Part shown: in pieces, positions 1-6,972 of the stretch
Layout: every line of letters begins with the position of its first letter
How positions within the stretch are numbered: position 1 is the stretch's first letter
Assembly: GCF_001611275.1 (NCBI RefSeq)
Contig: NZ_CP015080.1
Coordinates: 3,066,956-3,090,955, forward strand
Source: Desulfuromonas sp. DDH964
Lineage (GTDB): Bacteria > Desulfobacterota > Desulfuromonadia > Desulfuromonadales > DDH964
Direction: 5' to 3'
DNA: 24,000 nucleotides
Notes under the pieces: generated by a model
What the model was told of the DNA's origin: nothing
What the model saw: only the letters and a program-made list of their open reading frames with translations
The model's database searches: none
Program-made: the position numbers and the translations under genes

Positions 1-562
1 GATGCTTTTCGGGAGCATAGGCCTCGCCAAAACGTCCCATGAATGCACCCAGCGAGTCATGCCCTGGCGGCTGATGCTGTCCGACCTTGACCGCTTGCGT
101 GCGCAATTCACCCGGCACCACCCGACATTCCCGGCCGTTATCCGGGTTTGTCATGACCAGGAATTCTTCCGGCAGCAGCACAAAAAAAGCCTGATGCAAC
201 GAGCAGAGGAATTTCTGCCCAGCGATATTGGGGGGCGCCGCCTCGTGCAGCCACTCCTCCATCTGCTGCTGTACCGTAATGTGAGCGATACTTTCCAACT
301 GCAAGTTGCGCTTGGCCGGTTCGGCGTCGTACTGCTGCCGCATGGCCCTGACGATATCGTAGGGATGGGTGTTATGCCCTTCGATGAGATTGGAGTAGTA
401 GCTGTTGATGATGCGCAACAGTTCACGCAGGGTATGCAAGGTAACAGGGTGCTGTCTGGTGCCGAGAGAGGCCGAGCGCTGGACGACCTCCAGGGCCAGA
501 TCCTGAAGATCATCCGCCCCTTCCGGAAGCAGTGGCGTCATCTGGCTGATTGAGTCGGGCAT
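1..562 (-). CDS. Fic/DOC-family protein, N-terminal ~187 codons; 3' end runs off the left edge (absent from the supplied ORF track)
   Basis: My own translation of the minus strand from ATG 562-560 is open to position 1: MPDSISQMTPLLPEGADDLQDLALEVVQRSASLGTRQHPVTLHTLRELLRIINSYYSNLIEGHNTHPYDIVRAM...ECRVVPGELRTQAVKVGQHQPPGHDSLGAFMGRFGEAYAPEKH. The SN-x-IEG-x-x-T block and the PGE-x-R...V-x-VG-x-H-x-PP block are the conserved segments that precede the HPFxxGNGR motif in Fic proteins. The motif itself would lie beyond the edge. Track ORFs 2..553(+) and 151..513(-) look like off-frame shadows. Confidence 0.7.
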   Translation of the reverse strand, partial: MPDSISQMTPLLPEGADDLQDLALEVVQRSASLGTRQHPVTLHTLRELLRIINSYYSNLIEGHNTHPYDIVRAMRQQYDAEPAKRNLQLESIAHITVQQQMEEWLHEAAPPNIAGQKFLCSLHQAFFVLLPEEFLVMTNPDNGRECRVVPGELRTQAVKVGQHQPPGHDSLGAFMGRFGEAYAPEKH

Positions 563-571
563 TGCAGATCC

Positions 572-1023
572 AATATTGCCGATTAATATGCCGGTATCTA
601 CTGTGCACAAAGATACATTTCTATTGAAGAAAATGCAAGTCGGATCAATATTTAACCAATTTTTTTGCCGATTATTCTGCCGATAGGTCGAGCAAGGAAG
701 GCGCATGGGGTCAATATGAAATCTGTAGACGCGTCCCTTCTGCTTTCCCTTTGCCTTGAAAAGCCCGTCAATTAAATATACTGTCCCCGGAATTCCTAAT
801 ATTGCCGATTAATATGCCGATACCTACTGTGCACAAAGATACATTTCTATTGAAGAAAATGCAAGTCGGATCAATATTTAACCAATTTTTTTGCCGATTA
901 TTCTGCCGATAGGTCGAGCAAGGAAGGCGCATGGGGTCAATATGAAATCTGAAGACGCGTCCCTTCTGCTTTCCCTTTGCCTTGAAAAGCCCGTCAATTA
1001 AATATACTGTCCCCGGAATTCCT
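572..1023. repeat. Tandem direct repeat, 2 x 226 bp (572-797 and 798-1023), about 3 substitutions between copies
   Basis: Direct comparison: both units run aatattgccgattaatatgccg...caattaaatatactgtccccggaattcct. Differences are ggtatc/gatacc and ctgtagac/ctgaagac. Each unit holds two dyads of TGCCG(A/G)T half-sites 12 bp apart: 577/589 and 666/678, then 803/815 and 892/904. Unit 1 starts 9 bp upstream of the Fic start codon. Confidence 0.95.
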
Positions 1024-1143
1024 CGACGGATTGCCAAAGAACGAAACGAAAGCCAAGAGCACAACCGAAGAAGCTGCTTGACCCGTCACCCCGCCAAGGG
1101 CGGTAGTGTCAGGTGAATACTATCTCTGTACAGTATTTAGCTG

Positions 1144-1172
1144 TCTACAAATTTCAATTTGAAATCTGTAGA
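1144..1172. repeat. Imperfect palindrome tctacaaatttca-att-tgaaatctgtaga (12 of 13 arm positions pair)
   Basis: Seen directly. The right arm overlaps the start of the third partial copy of the 226-bp unit. Confidence 0.8.
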
Positions 1173-1238
1173 CGCGACCCTTCTGTTTTCCCTTTCCTTG
1201 AAAAGCCCGTCAATTAAATATACTGTCCCCGGAATTCC
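1161..1238. repeat. Third, partial (78-bp) copy of the 3' end of the 226-bp unit
   Basis: gaaatctgtagacgcgacccttctgttttccctttccttgaaaagcccgtcaattaaatatactgtccccggaattcc matches the last ~79 bp of the unit, with 2 substitutions and 1 deletion. Confidence 0.9.
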
Positions 1239-1278
1239 CCCCAAACCCTTCTCTTAATTGTGTGATTTTTAACTGTTA

Positions 1279-2979
1279 CCTGAATCAGTGAGCTTACAAT
1301 CGTAATTTCTTGTTTTATCTTTGACAATTAGCTGATTTTGTTGATCTTTTCTGCTATTATAGAGCCGCCTCAAACTTCACCCAAGGAGATTTTTTCGTGA
1401 CGTTTCCGCGGTTCAACATCGAGCAGTCCGACAGCGAATTCTACACCTCCCAGTCCGGCGTGGCCCTGGTCGGCCTGGCGGTCAACAGGTTCACGTCGTT
1501 GAACGCGCGGGTCGCCAAGGCGGCCCCCTGCAAGGGCATTGCCACGGCCGATGTGCTGCGTTGCTATCTCGGCCTGCTCTGCCAGGGCAAGAGCGACTTC
1601 GAGGCGATCCGGCCTTTTTTCGAGGATGACGAGTTTTTCGCTGCGGCCCTCGGCGTCAACAAGGTCCCGTCACCGGAGACCCTGCGTCAGCGAATGGATG
1701 CCGTCGCCGAGGCGACGATGCGCATTGTCGACTTCTGTACGGTTGAGTTTCTCAAAAAAGCCAAGGCCGAGTTCTCGACGCTTGAGACCGGGCACATGCC
1801 GCTGGATTTGGACGTCTTCACCCAGGACAACTCCAACACCAAGAAAGAGGGGGCCTCCTGGACCTACCGCAAGTTCCACGGCTTCGCCCCGATCGCCGCC
1901 TGGCTGGGCTTGGAGGGGTGGTGTCTGGAGATCGAGCACCGTCCCGGGTCCCAGCATGCCCAGGAGGGCTTTGTCCCCTTTTTGCTGCGGGCGATTCACA
2001 AAAGCCGGCAGTTGACCGAAGCTCCCCTGCTGGTGCGACTGGACAGCGCCCACGATGCCATTGCGACTCTGGTGGCTCTCAAGGAAGAGAAGGTCGACTT
2101 CATCGTCAAGTGGAATCCCCGAGGGACCGACGTGCCGGCCAGAGCCAGCGAGGTCTTTGCCCACGGCAAGATGATCAAGCAGGATAAGACCGGCCGCATC
2201 GCCATCATGACGGAAACGGTCGAGCGCGCCTTCAAGGATGAGGATGACAAGTACCAGACTCTCAAGGTCCGCCGTGTGCTGCGGGCCACGGAACGCTATT
2301 TCGAAAAAGACGGCACCCCGCTGCTGGTCCCGGACATTGAAATCGAGGGCTGGTGGACCAGCCTCTCAAGCGCCAAGGACAAGGTGATCGAACTGTACAA
2401 GGGACACGCCCTGTGCGAGCAGTATCACTCCGAGCTTAAAAGCGATATGGATCTGGAACGTCTGCCGTCAGGCAAGTTCGCCACCAACACCCTGGTCATG
2501 CACTGTGCCGGGCTGGCCTACAACATTCTGCGGGCTGTGGGCCAGGTCGGCCTGATGACCGGCAAGCAGCGTCGGCGGGCCAAACAACGCCGCCGGCTCA
2601 AGACGGTGATTCAGGACCTGGTCTACTTCGCCGGGCGCTTCATCTGCCACGCACACGCCCTGACGTTGCGCTTCAGTCGGCATGCGCATGATCAGTATGA
2701 CGCTTTCAGTAGAACCTATCGACGGTTCGCTTATGGCTGACCGGAACCGAGACAATCAGGGCACGGAATAACCCCACCATCAGGTTGGGGTCGCCATCGC
2801 TCGCCCTGAAACAGACACAGAGAGGCCGCACCATGTAAAAATCAGCTGAATTGTCAAAGAACAGCTCCGCCGATCCGGGAAAACAACCCGGACGGACGGT
2901 GTGAGACTCAAAATCACTCGCGAAAATGACCTCGCGAGGTAAAAATCAGAGGTGCGAGCTGCCACCTCACTGATTCAGG
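1279..2979 (+). mobile_element. IS1380-family-like insertion sequence, copy A (1,701 bp)
   Basis: Boundaries come from comparison with copy B (constant offset of 10,414 bp). Terminal inverted repeats are cctgaatcagtgag (1279-1292) and ctcactgattcagg (2966-2979). The size, the CC-initiated ~14-bp IRs and the single ~447-aa DDE transposase fit IS1380 family members such as ISEcp1. No target-site duplication is visible (left flank tgtta, right flank tggat). Confidence 0.85.
1397..2740 (+). CDS. DDE transposase, IS4 superfamily / IS1380-like
   Basis: 447-aa ORF with a GTG start, preceded by AAGGAGA at 1383-1389. C-terminal YKGHALCEQYHSELK fits the Y-x2-(R/H)-x3-E-x6-K signature of IS4-type transposases. 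A near-identical second copy lies at 11811..13154. Confidence 0.9.
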   Translation: MTFPRFNIEQSDSEFYTSQSGVALVGLAVNRFTSLNARVAKAAPCKGIATADVLRCYLGLLCQGKSDFEAIRPFFEDDEFFAAALGVNKVPSPETLRQRMDAVAEATMRIVDFCTVEFLKKAKAEFSTLETGHMPLDLDVFTQDNSNTKKEGASWTYRKFHGFAPIAAWLGLEGWCLEIEHRPGSQHAQEGFVPFLLRAIHKSRQLTEAPLLVRLDSAHDAIATLVALKEEKVDFIVKWNPRGTDVPARASEVFAHGKMIKQDKTGRIAIMTETVERAFKDEDDKYQTLKVRRVLRATERYFEKDGTPLLVPDIEIEGWWTSLSSAKDKVIELYKGHALCEQYHSELKSDMDLERLPSGKFATNTLVMHCAGLAYNILRAVGQVGLMTGKQRRRAKQRRRLKTVIQDLVYFAGRFICHAHALTLRFSRHAHDQYDAFSRTYRRFAYG

Positions 2980-3005
2980 TGGATCTTCAACTGATTGGTT
3001 TTCAT
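2980..3005 (-). pseudogene. 5' stub (8.7 codons, MKTNQLKI...) of the gene downstream of the decoration-like gene, cut by IS copy A
   Basis: On the minus strand the stop of 3024..3386 is followed by cccAAGGAGccaacgcacATGaaaaccaatcagttgaagatcca. This runs directly into the IS right end at 2979. By position in a head module this would be the major capsid gene, which is inference. Confidence 0.45.
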
Positions 3006-3023
3006 GTGCGTTGGCTCCTTGGG

Positions 3024-3386
3024 TTAGACGAGCAGGCGGAATTTGAGGACGCCGCTCTGTACGGAAATGGCGTGGGCGACGACGTGCTCTCCGGCCGCGA
3101 CGCCGTTGGTCAGGCGACCGCCCGCCGAAACTTTCAAGTCGTCTCCGGCGACGACGGTCCCTTCGAAGGCGTCGGTCTCGTAAACGCCGCCGTCGCAATA
3201 GATGCCGGGCATTTCGCCACCGGCGTAATCCTTTATCAGGATGCCGAAGGAGCGCTTGGTGGGATCGGTGTTGACGGCGAACAGGTCGTCGCCGACCACG
3301 CGGACCACCTGGCCGAGTTGGCCGTCCCCCTGGATGTGGCCGTCGCCATAGGCGAGGCTGCGGTGACACGGATTGATGAATGACAT
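3024..3386 (-). CDS. Small Gly-rich beta-type protein, tentatively phage head-decoration-like (gpD/DUF2190-like)
   Basis: 120-aa ORF with a strong RBS (AAGGAGGAaacaccATG), starting 12 nt after the stop of the upstream fusion gene. FGILIKDYAGGEMPGIYCDGGVYETDAFEG resembles the VGIL...G-x-F core of decoration proteins. The functional call is from memory only. Confidence 0.55.
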   Translation of the reverse strand: MSFINPCHRSLAYGDGHIQGDGQLGQVVRVVGDDLFAVNTDPTKRSFGILIKDYAGGEMPGIYCDGGVYETDAFEGTVVAGDDLKVSAGGRLTNGVAAGEHVVAHAISVQSGVLKFRLLV

Positions 3387-3398
3387 GGTGTTTCCTCC

Positions 3399-5795
3399 TT
3401 ATGCGTTGATTTGCGAGTGTTCGGGAGAGTCCTCGCCGACACGGTTGCGGTAAGCGGCCATGAACCCGTCGCGCAGACGGTCCTCAAGCGACACCTTGCG
3501 GTCGTCCACATCGTGGGGCCGGACACCGGCGTCGCTGCGTAGCGGCGTTTCCGTCGATGCCTTGGCGGCGGGCTTGCCGCCCTGGTCGCTGTCGGCGGGT
3601 TTTTCTTCCTTGTCCTTGTCCGCCTTTGCCGATTTGGGCAGGCGCTCGTAAGCGGCCTCGGTGGCGGCGAAGGCTTCGTCGGACAGTTCGGCCAGGCGTT
3701 TCAGCTCGGCTTCCCGGTCCTCCTCGGACGCAAAGGAGAGCCCCTGTTTCTCCAGCCGGGTGAGCAGTTTCTTGGCGCGGGAGCGACAAGCGGCCGCCTT
3801 TTGTTCGGCTTCCAGTTCCTGGACGCGCTTCTGCAGCTCGGCGACCTGGGCCTTGAGCTGTCGGTTTTCCTTTTCCAGGTCGGAAACGCGAGCGGGATCG
3901 CCTTCCTGCTGGGCCGGTTTCTTCTTGGCCGCTTCGACGGCCGGGTCATCGGTGGGTTTGGTTTTGTCTTCCATCGTGGAATCTCCTTCGGGTTGGGATT
4001 GGTCGGGCTGGCTCTGAAGGGACGCCACCTGCAGAATCCTGGCGTTCTCGTCCGCGCCTTTGCGGTCGAGCAGTCCCAGTCCGGTGAAAGTGACGCCGTG
4101 CAGAATCTCGAAAACGGGTTGGCCGTTGAAATCACGGCCCTTGAATTTGCGCAGGTGGGTGCAGTAGTCGGCCTTGTTCTGGAAGCGCTTGTGGCAGATT
4201 GAGCACTCACCCTCCTGGTAGTCGCATTCCATGGAGACCTGGGAGATGATCCCGCGCTTCATCAGCTTGTAGGCCAGCCGGGCGGCCGGGGTGTCGTGGA
4301 CATACAGCTCGCCGACGCATTCCACGCGGCCGCCGTTGTCGTCCTCCAGGTAGTCGGCGGCGACGATGCCTCCCACGATGTCGTTGAACTCCTGCGAATG
4401 CTGCAGATCGACCTTCTTGTTCACGGCCGTCATGTGCCGACCGGACAACTCCTCGGCGGTGAAGTGGTCGCCGTTCTTGTTGGTCCCGGTGCGGCAGAGC
4501 ACGAAGCTGAACTGGGGGTCGCCCGCCGAGCCGACATCCATGGCCTCGGTCGCGAGACGTTCGCCTTCGCCCAGCCGGATATCCACGGGGATGCTGGTGT
4601 GGAAGTTCGCGGCGGCGGCCATCGGAGCGGGTTTCTCCTCCCGCTCGGCGCTGGCCTTGGCCCCGGGAGCGCAGACGAACAAACGCTCCTTGGCGTTGGA
4701 AGCCTCGCCGTGCTTGGAGGTGATGGCGTAGTGGTGATCCTTGGACTTCATCCGGCTCTGTTTGCCGAAGGAGCCAATGATCCGCTTCATCTCCTGCTCG
4801 TTGGGATAGGCGTGATCGCGGTAGGAGATCAGCCAGTGCGGGATGTGCTTGGCGTTGCCGAGAAAGGTCTGGAAGAACTCGCTGGCGTTGGCCTTGGTGA
4901 CGGTCTTGTGGTCGGTCTCGTAATACTTGACCTTGGTGTCGGCCTTGATTTCGAGCCCTTCCCAATAGGTCATGAGCCCCTCCACGAAGTGGTAGGCCCG
5001 CTCGTAGTTGGTGGTCGAAAACTCGGTGGCGTAGGGCGGATCGAAGTAGGCCAGATCCGCCTTGGCTTTCGGCAGCAGCTCGTTGATGTCCTGCCGGTAT
5101 GCCTTGTTCTCCTTGTCGTTGTCGAAAACCAGGGCGTTGATACGCTGCAGGTTCTTGCGCAAGCGATCCTTGAACTCGTCGGGGGTGTCCTGGCGGCGGC
5201 CATAATCGGTGGACGACGAGAAGTGGCCGAAGCCACCCTTGCCGCTCATGCAGGTTTTTCCGAGGCCGAACAGGGCGATGTCTTTCTTGAAGCCGGAGAG
5301 CTTGTCGCAGTTGGCGCGGATGGTGTCGATCAGCGCATGGACGCCCTTGGCGAAGAAAATGCCCTTGAAGTTGTCCTGAACGAAGCTGCCCGCCTTGGCG
5401 TTGTCGGCCAGGAGTGCCTCGATCTCGTCCTCGCTCAGGCGAACCGAGTTGTTCTCGATGATCGCCTTGGCGGCATGGTGGCAGTAGCGGAGCCGGTCGT
5501 TGGCGATGACCTGGAGGCCCTTGGTCTTGTACATGTAGGCCACGACCGCAGACCCCGAAAAGGCATCCAGCACCGTGCCAGTGCCTTCCGGGGTATGCTT
5601 CCAGATCCAGTCGACGAGCTTTTGCTTACTGCCGATGTAGTTGGTGATGTACTTGGGGCGCTTCTCGGGAGGGAGCTCTTCAGGAGCGGACTGTTCGGCG
5701 GCCTCGGACCCGAGCGTGTCGGGATCGAGAGTCAGCGCCGCATCGGCCTCCAGTAGAAACGCCAGCCTTTCCAGGTCTGTGGCGAACAGTTCCAT
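3399..5795 (-). CDS. Fusion protein: D12/Dam-like N6-adenine DNA methyltransferase + prohead-protease-like domain with zinc knuckle + scaffold-like coiled coil
   Basis: 799-aa track ORF, with TTG at 5798. The likely start is ATG 5795, preceded by GGAGAcgttg. In track numbering the methyltransferase motifs are YIGSK 54-58, FSGSA 80-84 and FDPPY 252-256. Residues ~425-590 read NKNGDHFTAEEL...VDLQHSQE...IISQVSMECDY, with ECSICH...YCTH as a CxxC...CxH knuckle. Residues 636-720 form a heptad-rich charged coiled coil (LEKENRQLKAQVAELQKRVQELEAEQKAA...). Confidence 0.85.
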   Translation of the reverse strand: MELFATDLERLAFLLEADAALTLDPDTLGSEAAEQSAPEELPPEKRPKYITNYIGSKQKLVDWIWKHTPEGTGTVLDAFSGSAVVAYMYKTKGLQVIANDRLRYCHHAAKAIIENNSVRLSEDEIEALLADNAKAGSFVQDNFKGIFFAKGVHALIDTIRANCDKLSGFKKDIALFGLGKTCMSGKGGFGHFSSSTDYGRRQDTPDEFKDRLRKNLQRINALVFDNDKENKAYRQDINELLPKAKADLAYFDPPYATEFSTTNYERAYHFVEGLMTYWEGLEIKADTKVKYYETDHKTVTKANASEFFQTFLGNAKHIPHWLISYRDHAYPNEQEMKRIIGSFGKQSRMKSKDHHYAITSKHGEASNAKERLFVCAPGAKASAEREEKPAPMAAAANFHTSIPVDIRLGEGERLATEAMDVGSAGDPQFSFVLCRTGTNKNGDHFTAEELSGRHMTAVNKKVDLQHSQEFNDIVGGIVAADYLEDDNGGRVECVGELYVHDTPAARLAYKLMKRGIISQVSMECDYQEGECSICHKRFQNKADYCTHLRKFKGRDFNGQPVFEILHGVTFTGLGLLDRKGADENARILQVASLQSQPDQSQPEGDSTMEDKTKPTDDPAVEAAKKKPAQQEGDPARVSDLEKENRQLKAQVAELQKRVQELEAEQKAAACRSRAKKLLTRLEKQGLSFASEEDREAELKRLAELSDEAFAATEAAYERLPKSAKADKDKEEKPADSDQGGKPAAKASTETPLRSDAGVRPHDVDDRKVSLEDRLRDGFMAAYRNRVGEDSPEHSQINA

Positions 5796-5912
5796 CAACG
5801 TCTCCGGTTGGTTTGCTGGGCTCTCCGCGATCTGCGGGGAGCGTTCAGCGGTTACTTACCGGAAGCGTTGGCGATGTGTCGGAGGGTGACGAAATGAGAA
5901 TTTTTTATTGAC

Positions 5913-6012
5913 AATGAACTACCCCGCAGCAAGCTACGGGGTATCAACAGCCTACACCCTTAGTAAAAATCGCGCAGCAAGCTGCGGGGAATTGAACCCA
6001 ACTTTTGATTAA
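5913..6012 (+). repeat. 100-bp element, copy 1; equals 1 nt plus a complete 32-codon mini-ORF (5914..6012)
   Basis: 100/100 identical to 9571..9670. The sequence aATGaactaccccgcagcaagctacggggtatcaacagcctacacccttagtaaaaatcgcgcagcaagctgcggggaattgaacccaacttttgatTAA translates to MNYPAASYGVSTAYTLSKNRAASCGELNPTFD. Two GC hairpins (ccccgcagc-aa-gctacgggg and cgcagc-aa-gctgcg) lie 48 nt (16 codons) apart. Confidence 0.9.
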
Positions 6013-6028
6013 CTAAAAGGAGAGGGAT

Positions 6029-6358
6029 ATGCCACTCATCAATTGCCCAGAATGCTCAACAGAAGTAAGCGATACTGCATTAAAGTGCCCTAAATGTGGG
6101 GTGCAATTGAGAAAACCTAAGCGCGGTTTTTTCGGAAAATTAGTCAAATGGAGCTTTGTCGGCTTCAATATCCTCATGGCAATATGGCTTATAGGCGGCA
6201 TGAACTCGGCTTCTGAAGGAATGCAGGCTCTTTCTGGTGCTGAGCAAGCTGGTGCCGCAATTGGAACCGGCATCGGTGCGATGTTGATTCTCGGCATCTG
6301 GGTGGTTGGAGATATTATCCTTGGCCTTTTTGTGCTCTTTACCCGGCCAAAAGCATAA
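6029..6358 (+). CDS. Zinc-ribbon domain membrane protein
   Basis: 109 aa, with RBS AAAAGGAGAGGG at 6015-6026. N-terminal CPEC-x13-CPKC zinc ribbon, followed by two hydrophobic helices (WSFVGFNILMAIWLIGG and IGAMLILGIWVVGDIILGLFVLF). AT-rich relative to the core genes. Confidence 0.8.
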   Translation: MPLINCPECSTEVSDTALKCPKCGVQLRKPKRGFFGKLVKWSFVGFNILMAIWLIGGMNSASEGMQALSGAEQAGAAIGTGIGAMLILGIWVVGDIILGLFVLFTRPKA

Positions 6359-6378
6359 AAGATCAATATCATATCCAC

Positions 6379-6425
6379 TAGCCCTGAATTACATCTCATC
6401 GCGATGTTGTTCAGGGCTTTTTACT
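6379..6425 (+). terminator. Rho-independent terminator
   Basis: Outer stem agccctgaa/ttcagggct with inner stem acatc/gatgt, followed by tttttactttt, 20 nt after the stop at 6358. Confidence 0.8.
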
Positions 6426-6441
6426 TTTGCGAGGTATTAGC

Positions 6442-6705
6442 ATGAAAAAGATATCACTGATTATCATAACTGTTTTGGCACTTTCTGGGTGCAAGGCTAC
6501 GGTAGAGACAGAAGTTAGTTTGAAGGACATTCTTGAATCAAAGACGAAAACTATTACCGGTGATCTTTTTGTGGAGGTTGCAGGTTGCAACGACTACAAA
6601 GATTCAAGACAACCATCATCCTCCCTTGTGAAGGTACAACAAACCATTCCGAGCATATTCCCAGATGCAAAATATGTTGAGTGTTTTAGGAAAGAGTTTG
6701 ACTCT
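6442..6705 (+). pseudogene. Lipoprotein gene, 5' fragment (88 codons), interrupted by an IS21-family element
   Basis: ATG 6442 follows GAGG at 6431-6434. The signal peptide carries a lipobox (MKKISLIIITVLALSGC). The reading frame continues exactly at 9379 once the IS and one copy of the ACTCT duplication are removed (2,673 bp = 891 codons). Confidence 0.85.
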
Positions 6706-6710
6706 TGCGT

Positions 6711-6848
6711 ATTCCGAGCCAAACTTTCCACCGATTCCGAGCCAAACTTTCCACCGATTCCGATGCAAACTTGCCACTGATTCCGATCCAAACTTGCCAG
6801 TCATTCCGACGCAAGGTTTCCACCCGTTCCGATCCAAACTTTCCAGTT
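6711..6848 (+). repeat. Six tandem ~23-bp subterminal repeats at the IS21 left end (presumed transposase-binding sites)
   Basis: Units are attccgagccaaactttccaccg (twice, identical), attccgatgcaaacttgccactg, attccgatccaaacttgccagtc, attccgacgcaaggtttccaccc and gttccgatccaaactttccagtt. Confidence 0.9.
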
Positions 6849-6972
6849 TGAGCGGAAGAGGTCGGTGAATCTGTCAGACTGATCAAAGTTCTCGCGACGC
6901 TGGGTAACCGCGGGGTACAACCTTCTGGACTTTTTCCAGGAGGTGGTCCCATTGGCACACACGAGGTTATCC

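Noticed and set aside
768-1064. A 98-aa minus-strand ORF across the 226-bp tandem repeat.
   Set aside because: It exists only because the repeat happens to be open in one frame. It spans a repeat junction, has no RBS, and its sequence is not protein-like.
1118-1135. A LexA/SOS-box-like sequence, tactatctctgtacagta.
   Set aside because: The spacing is CTA-n8-CAG rather than CTG-n10-CAG, only one half matches, and delta-proteobacterial LexA boxes differ anyway.
2780-2965. A 61-aa minus-strand ORF in the 3' non-coding part of IS copy A, with its counterpart at 13120..13356 in copy B.
   Set aside because: The two copies diverge here in a way that does not preserve either reading frame, so neither is a conserved second IS gene.
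4296-5756. A 486-aa plus-strand ORF, and similar long ORFs at 7054..8220(-), 15136..16119(-), 16268..17251(-), 18034..19281(+) and 19323..20354(-).
   Set aside because: All lie antisense to genes with strong family motifs. Their low-complexity, Gly/Arg/Ala/Val-rich compositions are typical of shadow frames in GC-rich DNA, and they have no motifs and no RBS.
5913-6012. The 100-bp element as an integron attC site or gene-cassette boundary.
   Set aside because: An RYYYAAC-like heptamer (acccaac) is present near the right end. However, no correctly placed GTTRRRY partner exists, the two hairpins are direct repeats rather than one long imperfect palindrome, and no intI gene is in the window.
5913-6012. 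The 100-bp element as a mini-CRISPR array, or a CreA-like degenerate repeat-spacer-repeat.
   Set aside because: The two hairpin units loosely resemble stem-loop CRISPR repeats. But they share only about 70% identity, the period is 48 nt (a spacer of under 20 nt), no cas genes are nearby, and the whole unit is itself duplicated as a block. I kept this only as a remote alternative.
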